Source of the DNA: Elusimicrobiota bacterium
GTDB lineage: Bacteria > Elusimicrobiota > Elusimicrobia > UBA1565 > UBA9628
Reading direction: 5' to 3'
Length of the DNA stretch: 32,000 nucleotides
NCBI GenBank assembly: GCA_027371715.1
Contig: DAHXMM010000022.1
Coordinates: 1 to 32,000 of the forward strand
Shown: one piece after another, positions 16,274-28,300 of the stretch
How the letters are laid out: every line of letters begins with the position of its first letter
Numbering within the stretch: position 1 is the first letter of the stretch
Translations under genes and position numbers: made by a program
The notes under the pieces: generated by a model
Databases searched by the model: none
Seen by the model: the letters and a program-made list of their open reading frames with translations, nothing else
Told to the model about the DNA's origin: nothing

Positions 16274-17427
16274 GCAGAAACCAAAGAGGCCGAGCGCATT
16301 TTTTGGACCGCGCTCGGGAAAGTTCGAATAAACCAACTGACTTCTTCTTGTTTTGTATTCCAACCGGTGGAAATGCGCAAAGCGCCCTTAATTAAATTTT
16401 TGGAAAGACCCATGGCCCGTAGAACATGGGAAGGACTTGAAAGTCCCGCAGCGCAAGCCGAGCCGGAAGAAACGCAAATTCTCTCCAAATCAAGGGCAAT
16501 CGACAAGGAATGCCCATCCACGCCTTCAATTGAGAAATTAGAAGTGTTCGGTAATCTTTTGGCCCCGGCGCCATTTAAAGTTACGCCTTCAACCGAAAGA
16601 CATGCCGTCTCAATTTGTTTTTGCCAAGCCAAATATTTGGATGAGTAGGATAAATCTGCAAAAGCTAATTTCGCCGCTTCTCCAAGGCTCACAATTCCCA
16701 CGACGTTTTCTGTTCCGCCTCGGCGTCTTTTTTCTTGAAGCCCCGAAATCAGCGGGAAAAGTTTGACTCCCTCTCGAACATAGAGCGCCCCCACGCCTTT
16801 AAGCGCTCCTAATTTATGTCCTGAGATGGACAATAAATCCACCCTCCAGGCCGCGGCTTTTATTTCAATTTTGCCAGCGGATTGAACCGCGTCGGAATGA
16901 AACAAAACGCCTTTTTCTCGGCAATAAGCCGCGATATTTTCAATGGGCTCAATCACCCCGGTCTCATTGTTGGCGTGCATGACCGAAACCAAAGCCGTCT
17001 CTTCGTCAATGGCATTAAAGAGAGAATCACAATCAATCAGCCCGTTTGAGTCTACCTGGGTTTCGTAAATTTTAAATCCTTGGCTGGACAAGACGGGGAG
17101 CATCTCCCGAATACTGTCATGTTCAACGGAACTGACGATAATCTTTTTCCGACCGCTGATCTGGAGAGAATGCCAAGCCGCCCCATAAAGAGCGGCGGAA
17201 TTAGCCTCTGATCCTGAGGAAGTAAAAACAATTTCTTGCGGGTTATTGGCCCCGACTAAACGCGCAACATCTTCTCGCGCCCACTCCACAGCCCGGCGCA
17301 CTTCTTGCCCTAAACGATAAGGACTATTGGGATTGGCAAAATTTTCTCTTAAATAAGGTTCAACGGCTCGTGACACCTCCGAGCGAATAGGGGCCGTCGC
17401 GTTATAATCCAGGTAAGCCACATCCAT
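16270..17427 (-). CDS. Cysteine desulfurase (NifS/IscS-like)
   Basis: YLDYNATAPI, HSDAVQSAGKIEI, LSISGHKLGALKGVGALYVR, RRRGGTENV, CVSSGSACAAG. Confidence 0.93.
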   Translation of the reverse strand: MDVAYLDYNATAPIRSEVSRAVEPYLRENFANPNSPYRLGQEVRRAVEWAREDVARLVGANNPQEIVFTSSGSEANSAALYGAAWHSLQISGRKKIIVSSVEHDSIREMLPVLSSQGFKIYETQVDSNGLIDCDSLFNAIDEETALVSVMHANNETGVIEPIENIAAYCREKGVLFHSDAVQSAGKIEIKAAAWRVDLLSISGHKLGALKGVGALYVREGVKLFPLISGLQEKRRRGGTENVVGIVSLGEAAKLAFADLSYSSKYLAWQKQIETACLSVEGVTLNGAGAKRLPNTSNFSIEGVDGHSLSIALDLERICVSSGSACAAGLSSPSHVLRAMGLSKNLIKGALRISTGWNTKQEEVSWFIRTFPSAVQKMRSASLVSA

Positions 17428-17432
17428 GGCAA

Positions 17433-18176
17433 TCAAGGGCCGAAACCAAACCCCTTAAAAAGACTATCTTCCGATTGCGCGGCGGGAGCGGGAGTTTCTT
17501 TTTTCTTCTTCGGAGAAGCGGGAGAAGCCGCGGGCGGCAAGGTTCCCGGCAAGGGAGAAGCGGCAGAACCTCCGGACAAGCTTCGAACCGGCGCCACGAT
17601 CACTTTCCTGATTCCCTCGGCAAAAACAATCATCCCGGTTTTTTCCTCGTAATAAAGCCTGAAGGGACTTTGTTTCATCTGCGGCTCATAAGCTTTTCCG
17701 AGATTGGATTTTTCTTCCTCCCACCCTGGGTTATAGACCAATTTTCCCCTGACGTCTACAATGCCATCAACGATGGGCAGAGAAAAACGAATCCGATAAA
17801 ATCCGTTTGAATCGCTGACCCCCGGATCAAAAGAACTAACCGCCAAAGCTTTTTCGCCCGTGTCAAATTGATCTTGATTTTCCTGTCCCTCAGCCGAAGC
17901 CACCGCGCGAACAACCACTCCCTGAATCGGGTTATCCGCGTAATCGGTGATCACTCCCTGAATATAGCCATCCAAGAACTCACTTTTTTTCGGGAGAGAG
18001 AAGAAAACATAATCATTGACTCCCGTTAATTTCTCAGTAATGGAGAGATCCACCACACGTCCTTCGGCGAAATCTAAAACGACAATTTTGCGCGGAGCTC
18101 CTCCGCAACCCCAAAAGACAAGTCCAACCGCCAAGAAAAATAGCGCTAAATGGGCGCAGGTTTTTATTTTTTTCAT
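17433..18176 (-). CDS. Predicted lipoprotein with possible carboxypeptidase-regulatory-like/beta-sandwich domain and Pro-rich tail
   Basis: AVGLVFWGCGG lipobox-like site; GYIQGVITDYADNPIQGVVVRAVAS...DSNGFYRIRF; C-terminal PAASPASPKKKKETPAPAAQS. Confidence 0.55.
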   Translation of the reverse strand: MKKIKTCAHLALFFLAVGLVFWGCGGAPRKIVVLDFAEGRVVDLSITEKLTGVNDYVFFSLPKKSEFLDGYIQGVITDYADNPIQGVVVRAVASAEGQENQDQFDTGEKALAVSSFDPGVSDSNGFYRIRFSLPIVDGIVDVRGKLVYNPGWEEEKSNLGKAYEPQMKQSPFRLYYEEKTGMIVFAEGIRKVIVAPVRSLSGGSAASPLPGTLPPAASPASPKKKKETPAPAAQSEDSLFKGFGFGP

Positions 18177-19315
18177 AAGAAAGAACGCCGGAAAACAATA
18201 GCCGCGATTAGAATCGGCAAGAGACTAAGGGAAAGCCACCACCAAGCCAAATTTTCAGAGTCGGAAAGAGGCGGCAATTGCTTAAACGCAAGCGCGTTTA
18301 ATTTAGTCCTTGAAACGCTCGAGTTGAGAACGGGAGAAAAAGAAACAAAGAAATTCCACTTCGGATTTAAATCGGAAGGAGTCTGAGAGCGCAAACTTTG
18401 ATAGACGCCCTTAACCTGGTCAAACAATGAAAAATCTAAAATCCGCCGGGAAACGGTCATCACAATTAAAACTGGAAATCGGCCGATTAAGGAAATATCC
18501 GAAAGGAGATGAGCCCCCAAGCCGTTTCCGACCTTATAAGATTGAGGCAAAGTTTCCCACGAACGCAAAAAAAACTTATTATTGACGTCTTCAGGGGAAG
18601 GAATTTTTCCAACCGGAGAAACAGCCGGGTCTCGCCCCTGAGAAACCGACGACGCATAGTTAGGGACAGTCCCTAATTCTTCTGTTGTTGGCTCCTGGTT
18701 TGTCTGAGATGGAAAAGCTAAATTCAGTAAACCGGTGGAATTGGGGACTGTCCCTAACTCTCCCCCGGACAAATGTCGTTTCGAGCGCTCCTGAGATTTT
18801 CCCTGCGACAAAAGCCGCCACAAATCATCGCTGATTTGGCGACCTTTTTCCAGCGATTTTTTTGCGCCGTTTTCCCAAGCCTTCAAGTTTTGGAGCGGTT
18901 TCTTAAGCTCGAGTTCTCGGCGCCGAATATTTTTTGATAAAGGAGCATTTTGACTCCGGGGCGAAAGAACGGAAGAACCGGGCGTCAAAACAGGCTCGAC
19001 GTTGTTGGCCAACGGATGAGTTTCAGGCGATTTCAAGGTTAAATTGGGAGAAACCGGCAACGCGAAAAAAACTCCCGAGGGAATTGTTTGAGGAAGAGCG
19101 GATGGAGAAAACCCCGGAGTTAAAGTCGGTGATATTCCAATATCCGAAGGTAAACCCGCATTTTGAGGCAAGGTCCCTAAATTATCGGCTCCCAAAAAAG
19201 CCATCGGCATAACGCCATTAGAGCCTACGATGTTCCGCGAAAAAGCTCCGGCATGGAGGTTTCCTTTAAAAAAACAAAGGGCCAAGACTATCAGCGCCGA
19301 CGTTTTTATGTTCAT
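18173..19315 (-). CDS. Predicted exported, Pro/Ser-rich protein with C-terminal membrane anchor and basic tail
   Basis: N-terminal signal MNIKTSALIVLALCFFKGNLHAG; C-terminal LAWWWLSLSLLPILIAAIVFRRSFL; ATGA overlap with the next gene. Confidence 0.55.
   Translation of the reverse strand: MNIKTSALIVLALCFFKGNLHAGAFSRNIVGSNGVMPMAFLGADNLGTLPQNAGLPSDIGISPTLTPGFSPSALPQTIPSGVFFALPVSPNLTLKSPETHPLANNVEPVLTPGSSVLSPRSQNAPLSKNIRRRELELKKPLQNLKAWENGAKKSLEKGRQISDDLWRLLSQGKSQERSKRHLSGGELGTVPNSTGLLNLAFPSQTNQEPTTEELGTVPNYASSVSQGRDPAVSPVGKIPSPEDVNNKFFLRSWETLPQSYKVGNGLGAHLLSDISLIGRFPVLIVMTVSRRILDFSLFDQVKGVYQSLRSQTPSDLNPKWNFFVSFSPVLNSSVSRTKLNALAFKQLPPLSDSENLAWWWLSLSLLPILIAAIVFRRSFL
18660..18757. repeat. Pair of REP-like palindromes inside a CDS
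   Basis: TTAGGGACAGTCCCTAA (18660-18676, perfect 8-bp arms) and TTGGGGACTGTCCCTAA (18741-18757, one arm mismatch), 81 bp apart. Both are read as LGTVPN in the protein. Confidence 0.65.
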
Positions 19316-19324
19316 TCCTTAGAA

Positions 19325-22300
19325 TTATAGAACATTCTTTCTCCGCTTTTTCTTCTTAAAAAGCGTTCCGAGAACTCCCGCCGCGGAGCCAAGGAAAAGC
19401 ATGATTTTAGCGGCATAGGATAAAATCTTATCTTTAAGCGAAATCGCCGCATGCGGAATAAAAGAAACCTGAAGGGCGGGTTCTAGTTTTTCCAAGCGGC
19501 GAATGTAACGCCGCCACCAAGAAACCTGGCGCGTCAAGGCCGCATCTCGCGCCCGGTCGGATTTGAGGCGAGATTCGACTTCCTGTTGTGAAAGGACCCG
19601 AATTTCCCGTCCATAAACGTCTTCATGAAGCCGATCCGCCGCGGCTTTGACGCTTGAGTCCTGGGCCGCAGTTTCCTTTCTCATGCGCTCAATTTCAAGT
19701 TGTTTTTTCTTAAGACTCGCCAGGTCCTTTTTTCTCAACGGGAGTTCTTTCTCTGTTTGATTGACGTATCCATGAACCTCTTTGGAATCGGATTGATACT
19801 CTTGCGCCCCGGCTTCAATATGAACCGTTTTCTGCGCGCGGTTGACCCAAATATCCTCGGGATTTCCCGACAAAACGATTTTCCCCGATCCATCAGCCCG
19901 CGGAGACAAGCCCACCTCCTTATCGCTTAAAGCTTTCGCCAAGGCTTCCTCGCCCACAGACCCTTCTTTTTTAGATTCCTCATAGGTTTTTCTCCGGCCC
20001 TGCATCTCGTTAATGACAAACTCAGACACTCCTCCGTTAAAATGAGCGAGGGTCCTCAAGCGCGCGGCATTAATGTCTTCCTGGTAATAGCGAAGGAGTC
20101 GCTCTAAAAACAGAGCGCCAAAATGAACATTCGCATCTTTATAACGTCCGCTTAAAGACGCTTCGCTGTCTCCGGGCATGAGAGTCGAACGCCCGACGCG
20201 CAAATCAGACGGGAATTGGCTTAAATCGTAGTAAGGAGTGACCGGGTCCGGAAGAAAGTTAAGCACATCCAAGGCCCCCGCGATATTGCGGAAAAACCCG
20301 TGGTGTTCCGTCTCTCCGCCTTCAGTCTTATACATCGCGACGCGCCCAAGATAATGCTGAAATCTTGGATCTCGCCCCGCCCACTCCACGGGGAAACCCA
20401 CGATTTCGCGCGGGACCTCCATGATCAAACTTCCCCAACGCCAAGGCATCACGCCCCAGTATTTTTTGAACGGAAGATGGGAGGAAACGTTTTGAGCGCT
20501 CTTTTCCAAATAGCGCTGATTCAAAAGAACGGGTAATTCATCGATTCCTTCCTTCGACAAACGAGCCTTAATTTCGAGGGCAATGCGCTTCGCATAATCT
20601 TCCGGGCTTTCACCCTGTTTGCTTGGCATATCTTTCTTAACCGCGGCGGAAACCTTGGTTATTTCCTCTTGGATTTGACCTTGAGTCTGCCCCTCCCGTC
20701 CCACCCAAACTTCATAATGACTGACGCGCAAACCAGGGTTGAGCGTTTTTGCCTTCGCGTTAAATATGTTTTTCTTGCCGTCGATCGTCTTTGACTTCAA
20801 TGTCCAGGACTTGGCGGCCTGATCCATTCCCGAAGAACTGGTATAGTATTGTCTTAAGCGCCCTTCTGAATCCATGACGGCGGCATAAATCGGCCCGCGC
20901 ACATAGACGTCGGCTCTTTGAGGCGACAAGCGATCGTTCAAGACGGAACGGCCGTAAACCGGGGAAGCTTGGGCATGAAGAACCGTTCCACGGGAATCCA
21001 ACCCCAAAATCAAATCGCGGCTGCGGTAAAGACTCCAAGTTTTCGAGCGCTCTTTAATGGTATTGGCCTCTTTCACTTGTTTCTTGGCGTCCGTAAACAC
21101 CGCTTTCTGGAGTTTCAAATTATCGCGAGCCGTATCCAATTTTTTGGATAAGAAGCTGACGCGTTTTTGAGCGTCTTTATACTGGCCGTTAGAAGATAAC
21201 TCCTTCTTGGTTTCTTCGCCTATCCGTTGAGCGTAGTTCGCCGCCAATTCCTTGTTTTTCCGCGGATACCTCTCGAGAACTTTCTCTTTGATGCTTCTCT
21301 CCACCTCGTTTTCGGCCCGCACGGCTTCCAGCATTATTTTCTGAGCTTCTTTTTCCTTTTTATCCGACTCTCCCAGATCTTTCGCGGCCTTAATGAGGCG
21401 AATCTGCGCTTCCTTAATCCCCCCATCCGCATCCGAGAACGCTTTTTTAGCCGCGTCGAAATCATCCCGGCTGAGATAAACGTCCGAAACTTCTCCTTTT
21501 TCATTTCTCGCGAAACCATATCCCGCTAATTTTAGCTCCGCGTATCCGGCCCGAAGTTCCGCTTGGCGCCTGGTCTCGAAGAAATCCATCAAATCTCCGG
21601 CTCCTTTTTTGGAAAGATAGACTCGACTGAAATCTCCCTTTACAGAAGAAGCCTTGAGAGATTCGAGAGTCTGGAACTTATCCGAGGGCAAAGCCGTTTT
21701 TCCGGTATAGACATAAATTTCGTATTGATCCGGCGACCTCGCCCAAGCCGCCAAGGCCGGCAACCGGTAATGCAAAAGCCCTGGGTTCTTAGAATTGAAA
21801 GCCTCGAAGAAAAGAACCTTTCCGTTGCTTAAAAGGCCTTGGGCCCCGAAAAGTTCTTGAACGGAATAACCCTTTTGGCCGTCCTCCGAGGCAAAATCAT
21901 ATTGACTCAGGCGTTCCGCCAAATTGATGACGCGAGAATCGTCCTTGACGCCGCTATTTGCTTCTAGTTTTTGCCGCTCGAAAGCGTCCGCTCCCCTGAC
22001 GAACTCAACTTTCATATTCGATTTAAGGAAATAGCGCCCACCCACATCGACGATTTGATCGTCCCCCTTATACGCGGGAGAGGCGCGTTTGGCGAGTTCC
22101 TCTTGAGTCAACCAACCCTCCACCGCCCACAAACGGCGGCCGTCCTTATCCACGCGGGTTTGGGCGTAGAGCGGATACAGTTTGGAACCGTGCTTAAGCC
22201 AATCGGCCCTCTTATTTTCCAATTCGGAGATTTTGAGGGCGACGGCGTTGATGGACTGCTCCGAGCGCCCTTCCCATCGTTCGGCAAAAAGACGGGATTT

Positions 22301-25300
22301 TTCAAGCATAATCAAGGCGTCCAAGGCGAGAATTCCGCGCCCGGATTCTTTGGAATCAATCTGGCGATCAAGGCTCTTGTGAACGTCATAGAGAGCGTCG
22401 AGCGTGCGAATGAGTTCGGCATTTCCTTGAACCTCTTTTAGGTCCAAGGTTCGGATTAAATCCTCGTCAAAAATCTGCTGGGCCTTGAGATAATCGTCCA
22501 AAAGCCCGTCTTTCAAGATAAAATCGTCGTTTTTCAAGGGCGAGGCGAAATAAGAATCAATCAACGCGGCCTTGGACAAATCTAATTGTTGATGATCCGC
22601 TTCAAGAGACTTAAACGCGGCTTCGGCTCTTGGAGAAACGGCGACCGCATTCCAATACGCATTGCGAAGTTCCAAGGCGGCCTGGGAATATTCAGTCCGT
22701 TTTTGCTCGCTTGAACCTAGCTCCCGCTCCAAATCTCGGCGCAAAAACCCAAGCTGCGGATCTTTATTTTCAATCTCGGTTTTTAACGCCGCAAGGCTGA
22801 AAATCAAAAGATTTCTCTTTCCGCGAGCGTCATTTTGGGCCAAAAGGCGAAGTCTTTCTTCCGATGAAAAATCTTCCGCCGTAACATCCTTGGAATCTCG
22901 AATGGCGGTGCGGTAAAGGCGTGCCACCGAATCGACGGAATCAATTAACTGCTGGGAAATTCCCAAACCGTGGAGATAGCGATCCTGTCGAATTATAAAA
23001 TTTGGATCTTCCATGCGGTCCGCCCAATATCCCAGGAGTCCGCGTTCGGAGGGATTTTTAGGCAAATTAAGATCGCCCGAAGCCCGTTGTTTTCCCAAAC
23101 TGAGATTTTTAAGCGAGAGAGCCGTATCGGAGGATTGGCTTTCCTTTCCCAGGGCTTTTAGTTCCGCGACTAAGGAAACGAAATTAGATTTTAAATCCGC
23201 CGACTGAACAATCAATTTTTCCTGGGCTTGAATTAAATTTTTCCGGGCGTCCAAAACGTCTTGATGAGCCTTGAGCGAACCGGATTCATGCGCGGCGGTC
23301 CAGTCCTTCTGTTTCAAATCGTCAATAGCCGCGGCCAACAAACGGCTGTCGGCTTGAACTTCTTTCATTCCGCCGGAAACGCGGGTCATTTGAGTATAAA
23401 GAACCATCTCTAGCTTCTCGAACTGCCCCTGGGCCTTGAGCTGTTCGCGAATGGAATCAGACAATATATTGGTCAACCCGCGTTCGATTTCCTGCGGGTC
23501 GGGGGCTTCCAAAAATCCGCCAAAAACAGGAGTTCCGCGGAAAATGCCGAAAGCCGCAATCGGCGTAATTCCTTGATAACTCATGTGTTCGGACAAAACA
23601 TCGGCCCGGATTTGATCCATGAAAACGTCCTTATCATGACTGGGCCCCAAAGCGTCCAAACCAAGGATTTTGGCAATGCGCGCTTTTCCCTCCGGAGAAG
23701 CAATCTCTTGAACCAAGCGAGGCTCCCCTCCGGAAAATTCAGCGCCCGAGGCTTCCGGAACCAGCTTCGACAGCAAACGCAAGCGATCCTCCGCGGTCTG
23801 TCCCTGAGCCTTTGAAAGCCCCAACAGCGCCCAAATTTCTTCCGCTTGAGAGAAGGTTTTTTGGCGAACGGAATCAATCATTCCCGTCCAATCGACCCCG
23901 GTTTCCTTGCTCTGATGCGATTGAACCCATTTGAGAAAACGGACATTTTCCGCGAAAGCGGCCAGCTCCGCGTCCGCCAACGCCGCCGCGCGCTCGCGCG
24001 CGATTTGATCTAAGCGGTCAGCCTTATCCTCGGATAATTTGGCCAAGGCAATCAAATCCGGTTCCGGGGTACCCTTGCTTTTAAGGCGCAACTCAATCCA
24101 CGGTTCCAAAAAGCCTCGGTTAATCGGAGTTTCATCGAGAGTTTGCCGCGCGTAAAAATAGCGCATGAACATCTCCGCCGGAGCCTTGTCAAAACCAGGC
24201 GCGGGAATGGGGGGCAAGGAATCCAAGCGGGGAACGCGAGCCACTTTTTCCTCTCCGTCAATCAGACGACGTCTGAGAGCGGCGAAGCTATCGGGCATCG
24301 AAACGGAATGAGCTGAACTCCCCGAATCAACTCCAAGACTGAGAAGAGATGCTTGAATGACCGCCTTTTGTCCTTTTAACTCTTCCACCTTGGCCAAGCT
24401 AAAAGGATCTCCCTTGGCGGACAAACTCTGAATCTCGGAATCGAGCATTTGAAGCCTGACCTGGTCGCGCGCGCGGAGATTCGCCAAATGAGAATCGAAC
24501 GAATCTTGTTGCCTTTCTTCCGTCAAAAGCCTGAGACGCGCCGCCATCACTTTATCGGCGCGCCCCGAATCTTCCTCCGAAAGCGCGCTAATCAGGCGTC
24601 CGATAGTCCGAGCCGTCAAGGAAATTGGATCAGCCGAGACGTCTTGTACTTTCAAGTTTTTATCCACCATCTTTTGATAGGCCTTGGCCACTTGGACGCG
24701 CGCCTGAAAAATGGTCTTTTGGGCCGCGACCAAATTCTGCTCCTTAAGCGTTTCTTGAAGCTGTTGGTAAGCCTTTTCCGGAGAGATGTCAATGGACAAG
24801 ACGGAATCCGCCGGTCGCCCCATCAAGACGTTGAGCGCCGAATGAGCCTCGTCGTTGGTTAAAACCATTTGAGCGCGCGACAATTTCGCGTTAAAAATTT
24901 CCTTTTTAATTTGGCTGACTTTCGCACGATCGCCGGAGGACTCAGCCCGGGACAATTCCCTTTGAAGCGCGGGAAGCGCCTGTTGGTCGATTTGAGCGAT
25001 GGCCGATTGCGCGGCCTTGGCCTCGACGATATCCTGATACATTTGAAGGGCCGTCTCGACTTTGAGCTTGGACTCCAAGGCCCCGTAATAGGCGGACTGC
25101 CCCTTGTCGGCCTTGACTTGCAGTTCTTTAAGTTCTTCCGGCTGAAAGCGGGCTCCTGGAATCGGCAGAATCGGAAATCCGGTAAAGCCGAAAGAAGGCA
25201 AAAACCCGGTGCCGGTCGCGGTCAAATCCACTCCGATCATCAAATTAATCCAAAATTTTTGAGTGACATGATTGTCGGCTTTCGCCAATGCCTCAAACTC

Positions 25301-28300
25301 TTCTTGATGAAGAGCCAAGGCTTCCAAGGATGAGTTCTGAAACGCGGTTTGAATGGCCCCGCTTAAATCCGAAACGCTCATCGGCGGCGCCATGGAATGA
25401 GATTTTCCTCCCACCGCCTCATCCATCGCGGCCCAAGCTCCGGCGGAAGCGGCCTGTGATTGAGAATTGACGGTCGCCCGAGCGTTCAAATTCCATAGGT
25501 TGATGGCTTGTCTCAATTCGCTTCTTGAAATTAAACCGTTGCGATAGGCTTTAATAGCGAATTCTAGTTCGCTGCTGGTCTGAGGAAGAGCCGCGGTCAT
25601 TTCCCCCGCCGTCTGTCCCCAGACGTCGGCTTCACGGCGTTCATTGCTTGCCAACAGACGGTATTGGGAATGGATGTCCTCCATTTCCTTGATATCGGCC
25701 TGGCTTTTGAGCAAATAACTCTTGTTTTTATCTTTTGAGGATGGGTCATAAAAAGGAAGCCTTAAGGTTCCGCCCATGCCGAAAATCTGCCCTGCCATCA
25801 AGTCCTGGATTTGAGTTCCGATTCCGAAGGTAAATTGATCGACAAAGGGAATCCAATCCATGATGTTGAAGCGGTCTTCGCCAATACGATCTTTTAGAGA
25901 TTTTTTATCCAAGGACCCAAGAATCTTTTTGAGGCGGTCGGGAGCGGCCACGAGGGAATGAATCTCCTTGACTAAGTTTTGAACGTCGGCGAGATTTAAG
26001 TCGTCAAACGGAGTCGGAGAAGACGGGTTTTTCCCGGCCATGATATTGTAGCGGACCCGCGCCTCGCTTAATTTCTCAGATGCCTCCGCCATCTGCGCCT
26101 GGGCCTTTCCCTTTTCAATGACGGAAGAAGCGTTTTGGAGCAAAAACGCCGCGCGCTGAACGGCAACCCGCGCCTTGACGATTTGAAGAGCGCTCTCTTC
26201 CCAGTCCTTGGTCAATTGAACCAAGCGAGACTGAAGCAAAAGACCGTTTTTATAAAGAGAAACGACTTTATTGTCTAAAAGCCCCTTTTGCGTCTTGGTC
26301 AAAGTCACCATAGTCTCGGTCCCGCTCATGAAACCTCCGGTGGCGGCCAGTTCCGCCGGGTCGTTGGAAACGGGGCCCGAGACAAAGCCGGCGTCTCCCA
26401 CCACCTTGACGTTGTCTAAAATCGCGCCCGCCGAACGCAAGTCCTTGATGTCGTGGTCCAAGGTTCCGATTTTCTGTTCAATGAGCCTTCTACCCACATC
26501 CTTGGCGAAAACCGCTTTAAGCTCGTTGAGATCTTTTTGGCCTTTTTGGGGTTTAAGAAAAGCCCCCATGCGCTTTTGATAGCCCTTGAGCGCTTTCCCA
26601 CCGTTTAAATCATCCGCGGCGCTGCGGGTCACTTCATTCCATAATTGAGAAAGACTGGCCGAGGTATTAAACATCAAGGACAAGCGGTTGTTATAGCCGA
26701 CAAACGGAGAACCGTATCCAACCGACACCTGCGTTCGGTTGGTCAGTTGCTTGCCGATCTGCGCATAATAAGCGTCGGCGGGCCCCAGCATTTGCCCCGT
26801 CGCGCTAAAAACAATTCCATTTTGGGGAAGCTGCACCGACAACTGATCAATGGCGATGTTATACTGCTGTCCCAACTCCCCGGTCGCGGTGTTGGAGATT
26901 CGAACCAAATCCACCGGCCTTCCCGAACTGTCCTGACCGCGAATCGTAAATCCCTTTAAAATCGTCGTGCCCAGGGTTTGCTGCGTAATATCGTAAGTAC
27001 CGGCGTAATTGGCGTAATAAAGGTCAACGGTAAACGGATTACTATCATCCTTAGAAACGACTCCCGATTGTTTAAGAAGAGAAGCCACGTCGAATGTCGG
27101 CCCGATTTTGGTCTCATAAAAATTCGCGCTTTTTCCGTGCGCGGCGATATCGAAGGTTTGGTTCAGACTCGGGTCAAGGCCCGTGAAGTCGAGATTGGCG
27201 GTCTCAAAAAATTGCCGCGGATCTTTCGCGAACAAAGCCTGCTGGTCGGCGTTTAAGCTCATGACCGGAGTCAATTGAATGGAGGTTTTGGCGTTTCCTC
27301 CGTAATAGTACGGTTGATTGGCGGAATTTTGCGCCGCCGCATCTCCAAAGCCCGTCAAACCGACGTAAAGTTTTCCATTCATTAAAAGCATCGCGTAATC
27401 ATTAAAGAGAAGAAGGCGGCTTTCATTGGCTTGGGACGCAAACGACATATTCGGGGGAACGTCCAGAATGTCGTGATGGATAATCGCCTCGAAATAATTG
27501 ACGTTATTTTTGCGCAAAGTCTCGACTTGAACGCCGACGCCCTTGTCTCCCCAAGGCGCGTTCGAGGCCCCGCCGGTTTCCGGCGGGGAATAGGTGTCGT
27601 AAGCCATGACGCTTAAATTACTTCCCATCACATGGGCGACGTTACCCAAGGTCACTTGATTGGTCGAACTCAAGCCGTAAGGAACTCCAAATCCTGTTTG
27701 ATAAACCAGATAAAAACCGTCCGCGGAATCCCCCAAATTCATGACCTGCGCTCCGGGGATGAGTTGTGCGATGTTTTGGGGATTGGCGAGAATGCTTTGC
27801 CCCAAGGCCCCGATGTCGGCCGAGGAGGCATTGGCTCCGCCGGACAAACTTGAAAGGATGTTGTTGACAAAATCGGGAAAATTCGATTTTTTAATCACCA
27901 AAGCCGAAGCCCCGGAGGATGAATTGAGTCCCATGCCCCAGCCGGAATCGCTCAGATGAAGGGAATCAAATTCCTGCTTAATCTGATTGGGAACGCGCGC
28001 CCATTCTTCATCCGTTAAACTTAAGCGCAAGTTGATGAGCTCTTTTTGTTTATCCCCGATTAAATCCATATCCGCTCTCAAAATGCGGTCGGCGCGGGAT
28101 AGATTCTCTTTGAGCAAGGTCCACTTATGATTGGCCTCAAGAACCTTGCGGGTGTCATCCTGAATCTGGGAAATCGCATGCGAGGTTTGGTGTAGCGCGC
28201 TGTCGTAAGGGCTATTGAGTTGTCCCATCCATGACAAAAGTTCGGATTTCGTGCTATTCAAACTGCTCATCGTGTTTTGAAGCGCCGTCATCATCGAATT

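Noticed and set aside
15661-16648. Plus-strand ORFs of 130 and 250 aa opposite mnmA and the desulfurase
   Set aside because: They are shadow ORFs on the reverse of two conserved genes.
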